Assembly (NCBI GenBank): GCA_020633495.1
Contig: JACKDR010000001.1
Location: forward strand, 118,105 to 182,104
Origin: Kofleriaceae bacterium
GTDB taxonomy: Bacteria; Myxococcota_A; Polyangia; Haliangiales; Haliangiaceae
Direction of reading: 5' to 3'
Length of the DNA: 64,000 nt
Within the stretch, counting starts at the first letter, position 1; each line of letters opens with the position of its first letter. A program made the translations under genes and the position numbers. Below the pieces are notes generated by a model. That model saw only the letters and a list, made by a program, of their open reading frames with translations, ran no database searches and had not been told where the DNA came from. Of the stretch, positions 35,777-45,434 are shown one piece after another.

Positions 35777-37653
35777 CTAGGGGCTGGCGACCGATCCGGG
35801 GCTCCAGTGGGCGAACGGCTGGTACCGCCCACCGCCCGGACTGAAGAACGTGCCGAAGAACTCCACGTAGTGCAGGCGCAGGACGTGGATCGTCGGGCTG
35901 AACAGCGCGATCGCGAAGTTGACGAGGTGGAACAGCAGCGCGAAGACGACGCCGATCACCGCGCCGCCGAACGCGCCGACCATCCGGTTGGCGACCACCG
36001 CGAGCATCACCGACGCGGTGCCCAGCGCCATGACGCGGGCGTACGACAGGACGTGCCCGACCGTGGTCAGGAGCTCGAGCAGCGCGGTCGCGCCCTCGAG
36101 CGCGATCAGGATCGGGAACGCGACCAGCAGCGCGACGATCGCGGGCGTGAACAGCGCGTGGGGCAGCAGCTCGAAGACGGTCGCCAGCGCCAGCGCGATC
36201 AGCAGGAGCATCAGCGCGGTCAGGCCGCGCCCGGCGGCCTCGCGCGGGTGGCCGCGCCGCGAGATCGCGGACACCACGAGCCCGAGCAGCATGTGGACCA
36301 GGCCGAGCGCGATCGCCAGGCCCAGGAACGGCAGCACCGCGTCCTCGCGGTCGAGCCACAGCGGCCGCATGCCGAACCAGCGCTCGCCGAGGTCGCCGAA
36401 CAGCTCGCCGTAGAGGACGCCGAAGATGATCATGTAGCTGGCGACCGCGGCCGCGATCTTGGCCAGGTCGCGGGCCAGGCCGCGACCCCGGCCCCGCGCG
36501 AACAGGATCGCCGCGATCGTCGCCAGCAACAGGCCGTAGCCGACGTCGCCGACGATGATGCCGAACAGCATCGGGAAGAACACCGCGACGAACGGGGTCG
36601 GGTCGACGCTGCCGTAGCGAGGCAGCGGCAGCATCGCGGTCAGCCGCTCGAACGGCTCGAAGACCCGCGGGTTGGTCAAGACCACCGGCGCCTCGGCGCC
36701 GCGCCAGTGGTCGCGCCCGACGGTCTCGACGACGACGGCGTCGCCGAGGCGGGCGTGCAGCTCGGTGGCGAGCGCGGCGCGGGCCCGCGCCGGCACCCAG
36801 CCCTCGACGACGAACGCGCGCGCGGTCTCGGCCGCGACGCCGCGGGCCTCGAGCGCGAGCAGCTCGTCGTGGAGGCCGCGCCGGGCCCGCACCAGCTCGG
36901 CGCCGACGGCGTCCCGCAGCGCCGTCGCCGCGGCCTCGACCTCGGCGAGCTCGCGCTCGAGCTCGGCCAGGCGCGGCCGCAGCCGCGGCAGCGCGTCGAT
37001 CAGCGGCGCGCCGGCGAGCCCGACCGGCACCGCGGCGCGCTCGACGGGCGCCGGCGAGCAGCCGGTCGACGACGTCGCCGCGGCCCTCCGGGACCAGCAG
37101 CAGCAGCGCCAGCTCGCCGCTGGGCAGGGCGTGCGATCGCAGCTCGCAGGCGCCGTCGAGCGTCCGCTCCAGCGCCTCGCGCAGCCGCGCCAGCGTGCCG
37201 GCGCCGCCGCGCTGCAGCCGCAGCAGGTGGGCCGCGAACCGCCGGTCGACGCGGTCGCCGCCGAGCAGCGCCTCGAGGTCGGCGACCAGCGGCGCCCAGG
37301 GCGCGCAGCGCGTCGCGCTCGTCGGTGAGCGCGCGGGCGCGGCGGTGCAGCCGGCCGGCGTCGCGCGCGTCCGGGCCGCCAGCCGCGCCGCCGCGCGCTG
37401 CGGTCGGCGCGGCGCCGCCGTCGTCGCCGCGCTGCCACGGCACGCCGAGCTCGGCCAGCGCGGTCAGCGCGACCTCGACCCGGGTCAGCACGCGATCGAC
37501 GTCGCGGTGACGACGTCGCTCGGCCGGCGACGCCTGGCGCCGCGGCAGCGCGTCGTCGGGCGGCGGCTCCAGGTGGACGGTGCCCAGATCCTGCAGCGCC
37601 GCGAGCGTGCGCGCGAGGTCGGCCTTGCGCCCCATCAGCCGCACGCGCGTCAT
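35777..37653 (-). CDS. atpI: V/A-type ATP synthase subunit I (a-subunit); N-terminal cytoplasmic domain needs 2 frameshifts (approx 37030-37110)
   Basis: The N-terminus MTRVRLMGRKADLARTLAALQDLGTVHLEPP... begins at ATG 37653. A short segment (SHALPSGELALLLLVPEGRGDVVDRLLAGA) lies in a third frame. The membrane domain, about 450 aa with multiple TM helices, is in ORF 35777..37438. Confidence 0.65.
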
Positions 37654-37661
37654 CTCGATGA

Positions 37662-38021
37662 TCACCCGGCCCCCTCGATCAGCGCGGCGAGCCGGACGGC
37701 GAGCCGGCGGGCCTCGTCGGCGAGCGCGTCGCCGACCAGCGCGTCGTGGCGGCGACGCCCGGTCGCGCCCTCGGCCTCGAGCGCGGCGATCCGCGCGGCG
37801 GTGGCGGCGGCGATGCGATCGTCGACCGCGCGACACGCCGCCAGCAGGAGCCCGGCCCGCGCCCGCTCGGCGTCCTCGACCTCGGCCTGGGCGACCTCGC
37901 GCCGGGTCGCGGCCTCGGCGCGAGCCTCGGCGAGCAGGTGCTCGAGCCGTCGCTCGGTGTCGACGAGCGCCTCGAGGTCGGCCGCCGGTGCGGCCCTCGG
38001 CAGGTGCGCCTGACGGGCCAT
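37662..38021 (-). CDS. V/A-type ATP synthase subunit G/H-like (small coiled-coil stator subunit)
   Basis: The 119-aa all-helical Ala/Glu/Arg-rich protein MARQAHLPRAAPAADLEALVDTERRLEHLLAEARAEAATRREVAQAEVEDAERARAGLL... is the first gene of the operon. The call rests mainly on position. Confidence 0.55.
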   Translation of the reverse strand: MARQAHLPRAAPAADLEALVDTERRLEHLLAEARAEAATRREVAQAEVEDAERARAGLLLAACRAVDDRIAAATAARIAALEAEGATGRRRHDALVGDALADEARRLAVRLAALIEGAG

Positions 38022-38206
38022 CGCGTCCGCAAGGCTGCATCGGGCATGCCACCGGTCGGACGCGCCCGCTGGCGCACTGGCCCGAGCTGAGGCCGCCGCG
38101 GCGGGCTCGGTAGCAAGCGTTGCGCGCGGTCCGCGGCCGCCGGGCACCGGTTGCGCGCGCCGCGACCGTGCTTGACGGCGCGCGGCCACGCTGGTCTGCT
38201 GCGCCG

Positions 38207-39610
38207 ATGTGCCCGCGTCGGCTCGCACTGACCACCGCCGCCACCGCGGCCGCCCTGGCCGCGACGGCGACGCTGGCGCTGGCGCTGACCGCGTGCGGCG
38301 ACACCCGGGCCGACGCCGACGCCGCGGCCGCCACCGGCGACGCCGGCGTCGACGCGACGCCGCCGGATCCGGGGCCGACCCGCTACCCCGCCGACACCCC
38401 ACGCTCGCCGATCACCCCGGCGGTCGCGACCCGCCTGCGCGCGATCGCCGCCGCCGGTCCGGCCCAGCGCGATCGGATCTTCCTCAAGGCCGGCGCGTCG
38501 GGCACCGTCAGCCGCAACCTGTTGTACTGCCTCGCCGGTCCCGACCACCAGCCCGGCTACCGGATCGATCTCGACGGTCGCGACGCCCTGCAGCCCACGA
38601 TCGATCGCTTCCGCGCCGAGCTCGTCGCGGGCGACACGTCGTTCGATCGTCCGACCCTCGCCGCCGAGGTCGGCCGCACCGCGCGCTGGGTCCTGACCGG
38701 CGCGCCGTCACCGCTCGACCAGGAGCTGGCGGCGACCACGCCGCGGTTTGCCTTCGTCAACTACGGCACCAACGACATGGAGGCCGCGACCAGCTACGGC
38801 GCGGCGCTGGCGCCGTTCTGGGACGCGATGAACGAGCTGCTCGATCGCCTCGAGGCCGACGGCGTCGTGCCGATCATCACCGGGCTCAACCCGCGGAGCG
38901 ACCGCGCCGAGGCGACGCGGTGGGTGCCGACCTGGGACGCCGTGACCCGCGCCCTGGCCGAGGCGCGTCAGCTGCCGTACTACAGCCTGTACCTGGCGTC
39001 GTCGCCCCTGGCCGACGCCGGCCTGCTCGGCGACGGCCTGCACGGCAACGTCCTGATCGAGGCCGGGGCCGCCCAGCCGTGCGTCTTCACCGCCGCCGGC
39101 CTGGCCTACAACTACGACGTCCGCAACCTGGCGTCGCTCGAGCTGCTCGACGCCACCAGCCGGATCGTCCTCGACGGCGCGGTCGCGCCCGACGTCGCGC
39201 CGCTGCCGCCGATCGCGGGCCAGGGCACGGCGGCGGCGCCGTTCGTCGTCGACCGCCTGCCGTTCACGCACACGTTCACGACCGTCGGCGGCGAGGCGCT
39301 CCGCGACGGCTACCCCGGCTGCGACGCCGGCCAGGACGAGAGCGGTCCCGAGATCGTGTACCAGCTCGACCTCGCCGCGCCCATCCGGTTCCGCGCGGTG
39401 GTCCTCGACGGCCCGGACGTCGACGTCGACGTCCACGTCCTGGTCGACGGCGCGTGCGTCGAGCGCGCCGACCACTACCTCGATCGCGCGCTGCCCGCCG
39501 GCTCGCACCGGATCGTCGTCGACAGCTTCGTCAGCGGCGGCGTCGCGCAGGCCGGCACCTACACGCTGGTGCTGCTGACCTGTGAGGTCGGCGACGCAGC
39601 CTGCGAGTGA
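38207..39610 (+). CDS. secreted lipoprotein, SGNH/GDSL-hydrolase-like N-domain plus beta-rich C-terminal domain
   Basis: The start MCPRRLALTTAATAAALAATATLALALTACGD carries a lipobox. An FVNYGTNDM motif is present. The gene is divergent from the ATPase operon. Confidence 0.55.
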   Translation: MCPRRLALTTAATAAALAATATLALALTACGDTRADADAAAATGDAGVDATPPDPGPTRYPADTPRSPITPAVATRLRAIAAAGPAQRDRIFLKAGASGTVSRNLLYCLAGPDHQPGYRIDLDGRDALQPTIDRFRAELVAGDTSFDRPTLAAEVGRTARWVLTGAPSPLDQELAATTPRFAFVNYGTNDMEAATSYGAALAPFWDAMNELLDRLEADGVVPIITGLNPRSDRAEATRWVPTWDAVTRALAEARQLPYYSLYLASSPLADAGLLGDGLHGNVLIEAGAAQPCVFTAAGLAYNYDVRNLASLELLDATSRIVLDGAVAPDVAPLPPIAGQGTAAAPFVVDRLPFTHTFTTVGGEALRDGYPGCDAGQDESGPEIVYQLDLAAPIRFRAVVLDGPDVDVDVHVLVDGACVERADHYLDRALPAGSHRIVVDSFVSGGVAQAGTYTLVLLTCEVGDAACE

Positions 39611-39665
39611 GGGTCGCGAAAACATTGCGGGTGGCGCCGCCCCGGCCCGTGACCACATTGACCTC

Positions 39666-40781
39666 ATGCGGTCGCCACACGTCGTGGTCATGTTGACCCT
39701 GGTCGCGGGCTGCGGAGTCTCGGCGGACGGGCGCACCGGCGGGCCCGACGCCAGCGTGGAGGTCGACGCCGCGGGCAACGCCGACGCGACGGTGTCCTGC
39801 CAGCTGCCGCCGCTGGCCGCCGGGGTCAGCACCCTCGCCGGCTGCGCCGACCCCGGCGCGATCGACGGCGCCCGTGGCGTGGCCCGGTTCGCCAACCCGG
39901 TCAACGTCGCGCGCGGTCCCGACGGCGACCTCTACGTCGCCGACTTCGACAACGACGCGATCCGCGTCGTCGCCGCCGACGGCGCGACCCGCACGCTGGT
40001 CGCCCAGGCCGACTTCGCGAAGCCGTTCGGCCTCGCCTTCACCGGGGACGGCGTCCTCTACGCCCAGACCGACGACGACGACCTCGGCCAGCACTCCGGC
40101 GACACCGGCACGATCTGGCGCGTCGATCTCGACACCGGCGACGCCACCGTCGTGGTGCGCGACGTCGGCCGCCCGCGCGGGCTCGCCGCCCTGCCCGACG
40201 GCCGCCTGGTGCTGTCGGACTACGTCCACCACACCATCCGGCTGCTGGCCCCCGCCACCGGCGTGATCAGCGCCCTCGCCGGCAGCGCCGATCGGCCCGG
40301 CGACGTCGACGCCGTCGGCGGCGCGGCCCGCTTCGACGGCCCGTACGACGTCGCGATCCTCCCCGACGGTCGGATCGCGGTCGCCGATCAGCACAACGAT
40401 CGCGTCCGCGCGATCGCGCTCGACGGCACGGTCACGCCGCTGGCCGGCACCGGCAGCCCCGGCGCGACCGACGGCGCGGCCCTGACCACGGCGCGGTTCC
40501 ACGCCCCGGCGGCCCTGGCGATCGACGGCGAGGGCACGCTGTACATCACCGACACCGACAACTTCGTGGTGCGCGCCCTGCGCGACGGCGAGGTCTCGAC
40601 GATCGCCGGCGACGGCACCGGAGGCTGGCGTGACAGCGAGGATCCCCTGGCCGCGCAGGTCTACGGCCTCGAGGGGGCCGACGTCAGCGCCGACGGCGCC
40701 ACGCTGTGGCTGGCCGACGGCAACCGCGGTGAGGCCGAGCCCTACAACCGCGTCCGGACGGTCACGATGAACGAGCCATAG
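39666..40781 (+). CDS. NHL-repeat beta-propeller lipoprotein (paralog 1)
   Basis: The start is MRSPHVVVMLTLVAGCGVSADG. Repeated RFxxPxxVAxxPDGxLYVAD/TDTxNxxVR blocks are typical of NHL repeats. Confidence 0.65.
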   Translation: MRSPHVVVMLTLVAGCGVSADGRTGGPDASVEVDAAGNADATVSCQLPPLAAGVSTLAGCADPGAIDGARGVARFANPVNVARGPDGDLYVADFDNDAIRVVAADGATRTLVAQADFAKPFGLAFTGDGVLYAQTDDDDLGQHSGDTGTIWRVDLDTGDATVVVRDVGRPRGLAALPDGRLVLSDYVHHTIRLLAPATGVISALAGSADRPGDVDAVGGAARFDGPYDVAILPDGRIAVADQHNDRVRAIALDGTVTPLAGTGSPGATDGAALTTARFHAPAALAIDGEGTLYITDTDNFVVRALRDGEVSTIAGDGTGGWRDSEDPLAAQVYGLEGADVSADGATLWLADGNRGEAEPYNRVRTVTMNEP

Positions 40782-40858
40782 TCGCCGGCCGACGTTTCGA
40801 GGTCCCAGCAACATCGAGAACGGTGCCCGCCGGCGCGAGCCGTGGTCTACTCGGGACC

Positions 40859-42166
40859 ATGCCAGTCGAGCGGATGCTCGTGTGTGTGATCTTGATCGCT
40901 GGGTGTGGCAGCGGAGGAGCCTCGCCTCCTGACGCCGGCGACATCGACGGCGCCCCCGGCGACGTCAGCACGAGCCCGGACGCCGGGCCCGACGCCGACC
41001 TCGACGCCACGCCGCCCGATGGCATGGCGATCGATGCCATGCCGATCGACGCCGCCCCGATCGACGCCGCCCCGATCGACGCCATGCCGATCGACGCCGC
41101 CCCGATCGACGCCGCCCCGATCGACGCCATGCCGATCGACGCCACGCCGATCGACGCCATGCCGATCGACGCCATGCCGACCTGCGTCGTGCCGGCCTTC
41201 ACCACCGGCGTCAGCACCCTGGCCGGCTGCGAGATCGCCGCCAACGTCGACGGCGCGCGCGCCGACGCGCGCTTCGCCAACCCGGTCAACGTCGCGCGCG
41301 GTCCCGACGGCGACCTCTACGTCGCCGACTTCGACAACAACGAGGTGCGGGTCGTGACCGCGGCCGGCGCCGTGCGCACGCTGGTGGCCCAGACCCACTT
41401 CGTCCGGCCGTTCGGGATCGCGTTCACCGCCGCCGGCGCGCTGTACGTCCAGACCGACGACGACGATCTCGGCGCCCACTCGGGCTCGACCGGAACCGTC
41501 TGGGAGGTCGACCTCGTCACCGGCGTCGCCACCGTGGTGGTCCGCGACGTCGGCCGGCCGCGCGGCCTCGCCGCCCTCGCCGACGGCCGCCTGGTCCTGT
41601 CGGACTACGTCCACCACACGATCCGTCTGCTCGATCCCGACACCGGCACGATCACCGATCTCGCCGGCGCCACCGACCTACCCGGCTACGCCGACGACGT
41701 CGGCGCCGCCGCACGCTTCGACGGTCCCTACGACGTCGCGGTCCTCCCCGACGGCCGGATCGCGGTCGCCGACCTCTTCAACCAGCGGATCCGCGCGGTC
41801 GCGCTCGACGGCACCGTGACCACGCTGGCGGGCACCGGCACGCCCGGCGCCACCGACGGCGACGCCCTCACCACCGCGACCTTCCAGTATCCGGTCGGCC
41901 TCGCCGTCGACAGCGCCGGCGACCTGTACGTCACCGACACCGGCAACTTCGTCGTCCGCAAGCTCGCCGCCGGCGCCGTGACCACGGTGGTCGGCGACGG
42001 CACCGGCGACTGGCTCGACAGCGACAACCTGCTGGCGGCGCGGCTCTACGGCCTCGAGGGCGCCGACGTCAGCGCCGACGGCGCGACGCTGTGGCTCGCC
42101 GACGGCAGCCGGGGCGAGGCCCTGCCGTACAACCGCGTCCGCGTCGTCGACCTGACCGGCCCCTAG
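40859..42166 (+). CDS. NHL-repeat beta-propeller lipoprotein (paralog 2) with (P-I-D-A-x)n linker
   Basis: The start is MPVERMLVCVILIAGCGSGG. A run of about 30 PIDAA/PIDAM/PIDAT pentapeptides lies at about 41020-41185. The NHL core that follows shares long identical stretches with paralog 1 (ARFANPVNVARGPDGDLYVADFDN...). Confidence 0.65.
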   Translation: MPVERMLVCVILIAGCGSGGASPPDAGDIDGAPGDVSTSPDAGPDADLDATPPDGMAIDAMPIDAAPIDAAPIDAMPIDAAPIDAAPIDAMPIDATPIDAMPIDAMPTCVVPAFTTGVSTLAGCEIAANVDGARADARFANPVNVARGPDGDLYVADFDNNEVRVVTAAGAVRTLVAQTHFVRPFGIAFTAAGALYVQTDDDDLGAHSGSTGTVWEVDLVTGVATVVVRDVGRPRGLAALADGRLVLSDYVHHTIRLLDPDTGTITDLAGATDLPGYADDVGAAARFDGPYDVAVLPDGRIAVADLFNQRIRAVALDGTVTTLAGTGTPGATDGDALTTATFQYPVGLAVDSAGDLYVTDTGNFVVRKLAAGAVTTVVGDGTGDWLDSDNLLAARLYGLEGADVSADGATLWLADGSRGEALPYNRVRVVDLTGP

Positions 42167-42169
42167 AAG

Positions 42170-42443
42170 CGTGTACCCGATCGCCCCCCGGCCCGGGACG
42201 CCCCACCGAGATGAGGGGCTGGGTCCCGAGATGCTCGGCGAACTGGACGTTGGCGGCGGAGACGTAACCGGTGTCGGCGGTGACGCAGACCGGAACCGCG
42301 TCGCAGTTGCGGACGACACGTCGGCGCAGCGGCTCGAAGTCCTGGGCGTCGGGGGCCTGCTTGCTGAGGGCGGTGGCCACGATGATCGGGTGCGACGCGG
42401 GCGGCCACTCGCGCGGCGACGGCGGCAACAGGAACGACTGCAT
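42170..42443 (-). mobile_element. IS5/IS4-family transposase C-terminal fragment (relic)
   Basis: The translation ...HPIIVATALSKQAPDAQDFEPLRRRVVRNCDAVPVCVTADTGYVSAANVQFAEHLGTQPLIS resembles the DDE-domain C-terminus of IS5-type transposases (ADKGYDS...N...L...G...I). No N-terminal part or inverted repeats are present, and the frame decays into junk. Confidence 0.45.
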
Positions 42444-42801
42444 CAGCGCGTACTGACGGTCGGCCTTCCCCCCGCCCTTCGATCAGCTCGCCGCGCTCGT
42501 GTCGATCCGTTCGTGTTCGACCCGCGGTGGTGGTGGTGCCAGGCCACGCCGGCACGGGTGACGGGAGCGTGTGGGGGGCGGCCGACGGCGAGTTCCGCAG
42601 CGGGCCCGCGCCACCACGAGACGGCGTCACCGCCCGCGCCCGCCTCGCCGCCCGCGTTCTCGTCACCGCGAGGACTGTCCGAGCCGGAGGACGCCCCCCC
42701 CGCGCTCGCGGCAGGACCCGGGCCGGCGGCCCGCGGTCTCCCCACCGCTCGCGCAGGCGGGGATCCGCGACACGCTCCCAGGCCGGCGCCCTGGCCGAGA
42801 C

Positions 42802-44433
42802 CTAGATCTCCTCGGCCACCATCTCGATCGCGCCGCACGGGCACTCGCGCGCGCACACGCCGCAGCCCTTGCAGAAGTCGAGGTCGAAGCGGAACCGCTT
42901 GCCCGGCCCCAGCTTGATCACGGCGTTGTCGGGGCAGACGCCGAAGCAGTTGTCGCACTCGAAGCAGTTGCCGCACGACAGGCAGCGACGCGCCTCGAAC
43001 AGCGCCGTGGTCTCGTCGAGGCCGCCGTGGACCTCGGCGAACGTGCCGACCCGACGCGCCATCTCGAGCTGCGGCTGCACCGTGCGGTCGGCGTCGACGT
43101 AGTACCAGGTGTTGAGCCGATCGAACCCGGCCGGCGCGTGCTTGGCGGCGGGCTCGTAGGCGCCGCCACGCAGGTAGGCGTCGATGTGGCGCGCCGCCTT
43201 CTTGCCGTGGCCGACCGCGACCGTGATCGTGCGATCGGCGGGCACCATGTCGCCGCCGCAGAACAGGCCCGGGTACCCGGTCATCAGATCGGGGCCGACC
43301 TCCACCGAGCCGTCGGGCGTGAACCGGACCCCGGGCACCGCGCGCAGCGGCGTCAGGTCGACCGCCTGGCCCAGCGCGAGCACCAGCGTGTCGCCGGCGA
43401 TGGTCTCGAGCTCGCCGGTCGGCACCGGCTTGCCGTCGGCGCCGAGCGTCATCTTCTCGATCGTCAGCTCGCCCTCGCCCATCTCCTTGACCGTCGACAG
43501 CCAGCGGACCAGGACGCCCTCCTCGAGCGCCTCGCGCAGCTCGTCCTCGTGCGCGGGCATCTGGGCCTGGGTCCGGCGGTAGACGATCACCGCGTCGGTG
43601 GCGCCCAGCCGCTTGGCGGTGCGCGCGACGTCGAGGGCGGTGTTGCCGCCGCCGTAGACGACGACCCGGCGGCCGAGCAGCGGCGCGTCGCCGAGCCCCT
43701 CGACCTGGCGCAGGAGCCCGATGGCGTCGAGGATCTTGCCGGCGTCGGCGGCGGGGATGTCGACCCGCTTGGCCAGGTGGGCGCCGACCGCCGCGAAGCA
43801 GGCGTCGAAGCCGCCGTCGCGCATCGCCGCCGGCAGATCGTCGACCCGGACCCCGAGCTCCAGCCGCACGCCCATCGTGACGATGCGCTCGATCTCGGCG
43901 TCGACGATCTCGCGGGGCAGCCGGTAGCGCGGGATGCCGTAGCGCATCATGCCGCCGGCGCGGGGCATGGCGTCGCGGATCGTGACGTCGTGGCCGAGCC
44001 GCGCCAGGTGGTAGGCGGCGGCCAGGCCGCTGGGCCCGGCGCCGACCACCAGGACCCGCTTGCCGGTGGCCGCGGCCGGCGCCGGCGCCGGCCAGCCCTC
44101 GCGGATCGCCAGATCGCCGAGGAACCGCTCGACCGCGTGGATGCCGACCGCCTCGTCGAGCTGGGCGCGGTTACAGGCGCCCTCGCAGGTGTGGTAGCAG
44201 GCGCGTCCCATCACCGCGGGCAGCGGGTTGTCGTCGAGGATCGCCTCCCAGGCGGCGCGGTAGTCGCCGGCCTCGGCGTGGTAGAGCCAGCGCTGCACGT
44301 CCTCGCCGGCCGGGCAGGTCGCGTTGCACGGCGGCAACCGATCGACGTAGGTCGGCCGCTGGGTGCGCCACGACCCGGTGTGGTTGTGGAGGCTCGATCC
44401 GGGATCGAGGGTGATCGCGAACGGCTTCTTCAC
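42802..44433 (-). CDS. GltD/SudA-like NAD(P)H-dependent FAD oxidoreductase with C-terminal 2x[4Fe-4S] ferredoxin domain (last gene of por operon)
   Basis: GTG 44433 is preceded by GGGAGG and overlaps the porB stop as GTGA. The N-terminal Cys cluster (CNATCPAGE...CYHTCEGAC) and dinucleotide-binding folds (VLVVGAGPSGLAAAY, VVVYGGGNTALD) are present. The C-terminus carries CLSCGNCFECDNCFGVCP and CKGCGVCARECPCGA. Confidence 0.75.
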   Translation of the reverse strand: MKKPFAITLDPGSSLHNHTGSWRTQRPTYVDRLPPCNATCPAGEDVQRWLYHAEAGDYRAAWEAILDDNPLPAVMGRACYHTCEGACNRAQLDEAVGIHAVERFLGDLAIREGWPAPAPAAATGKRVLVVGAGPSGLAAAYHLARLGHDVTIRDAMPRAGGMMRYGIPRYRLPREIVDAEIERIVTMGVRLELGVRVDDLPAAMRDGGFDACFAAVGAHLAKRVDIPAADAGKILDAIGLLRQVEGLGDAPLLGRRVVVYGGGNTALDVARTAKRLGATDAVIVYRRTQAQMPAHEDELREALEEGVLVRWLSTVKEMGEGELTIEKMTLGADGKPVPTGELETIAGDTLVLALGQAVDLTPLRAVPGVRFTPDGSVEVGPDLMTGYPGLFCGGDMVPADRTITVAVGHGKKAARHIDAYLRGGAYEPAAKHAPAGFDRLNTWYYVDADRTVQPQLEMARRVGTFAEVHGGLDETTALFEARRCLSCGNCFECDNCFGVCPDNAVIKLGPGKRFRFDLDFCKGCGVCARECPCGAIEMVAEEI

Positions 44434-45434
44434 GGCCGGCCTCCCGCGCCGTCGACCAGCTTGAAGCGACGGATGTTGTCGTCGGCGAGCGCCTGCAGGC
44501 GGACCACGACCGGATCGGCCTGGTCGCCGTCGAAGAGGTGGGCGAAGCGCTTCTGGGCCCGCAGGTAGGCGTCGACCGGGACGCGGCGCCGGATCGGCGT
44601 CGACGACGTGACCTCGCCGTCGATCGCCTCGAACAGCGGGAACAGCCCGCACTCGGCGGCCAGCCGCGCCAGCTCGATCGTGCGATCGGTGGCGAAGCCC
44701 CAGCCCAGCGGGCACGGCACGAAGACGTGGAGGTAGCGGGCGCCGCCGAAGCCCATCGCGCGGGTGACCTTGGCCTCGAGATCGTGGAGGTCGAAGACGC
44801 TCGCGGTGGCGACGTACGGCAGGCGGTGCGCCATCGCCAGCAGCGGCAGGCTCTTGCCGGTGCCGAACGGGTTGCCCGGCTCGGCGCCGACGGCGGGCGT
44901 CGTCGCGGTCCGCGCCGCCGGCGGCGTCGCGCTCGACCGCTGCACGCCGGTGTTCATGTAGCCCTCGTTGTCGTAGCAGACGTAGAGGACGTCGTCGTTG
45001 CGCTCGAACATCCCCGACAGGCAGCCGAAGCCGATGTCGGTGGTGCCGCCGTCGCCGCCCTGCGCGATCACGCGGGTGCCCTTGCCCTTGACCCGCATCG
45101 CGGCGGCGACGCCGGTCGCGACCGCGGCGGCGTTGCCGAACAGCGAGTGCAGCCACGGCAGCTGCCACGCGGTCTCGGGCGACGGCGTCGTGAAGACCTC
45201 GAGGCACCCGGTCGCGTTGACCGCGATCAGGTTGCCGCCGGTCGCGCGCATCGCGGTGTCGAGGACGTAGCGGGCGCCCAGCGCCTCGCCGCAGCCCTGG
45301 CAGGCGCGGTGGCCCGAGGTCAGCGCGTTGGCCCGGGTCATCGACGCCTGGACCGTGCGGTGCGAGTCGTCGAGCAGGCGGTTGCCGACGGTGAAGGTGC
45401 CGGTCTGGTAGAACTTGATCCGCTGGGAGCTCAT
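44430..45434 (-). CDS. porB: 2-oxoacid (pyruvate/2-ketoisovalerate):ferredoxin oxidoreductase beta subunit (TPP-binding)
   Basis: The TPP-binding signature is present ([13 protein letters not shown]...[38 protein letters not shown]). ATG 45434 overlaps the porA stop. Confidence 0.8.
   Translation of the reverse strand: MSSQRIKFYQTGTFTVGNRLLDDSHRTVQASMTRANALTSGHRACQGCGEALGARYVLDTAMRATGGNLIAVNATGCLEVFTTPSPETAWQLPWLHSLFGNAAAVATGVAAAMRVKGKGTRVIAQGGDGGTTDIGFGCLSGMFERNDDVLYVCYDNEGYMNTGVQRSSATPPAARTATTPAVGAEPGNPFGTGKSLPLLAMAHRLPYVATASVFDLHDLEAKVTRAMGFGGARYLHVFVPCPLGWGFATDRTIELARLAAECGLFPLFEAIDGEVTSSTPIRRRVPVDAYLRAQKRFAHLFDGDQADPVVVRLQALADDNIRRFKLVDGAGGRP

Noticed and set aside
38141-38160. Second sigma-54-like motif GGGCACC-GG-TTGCG upstream of the SGNH lipoprotein
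   Set aside because: The spacing between the GGCAC and TTGC blocks is 3 nt rather than the required 5 (GG-N8-GC rather than GG-N10-GC), so it does not fit a -24/-12 promoter.
42444-42801. Possible additional gene or transposase N-terminus between the IS relic and the por operon end
   Set aside because: No protein-like frame in either orientation. This is most likely a degraded non-coding remnant.
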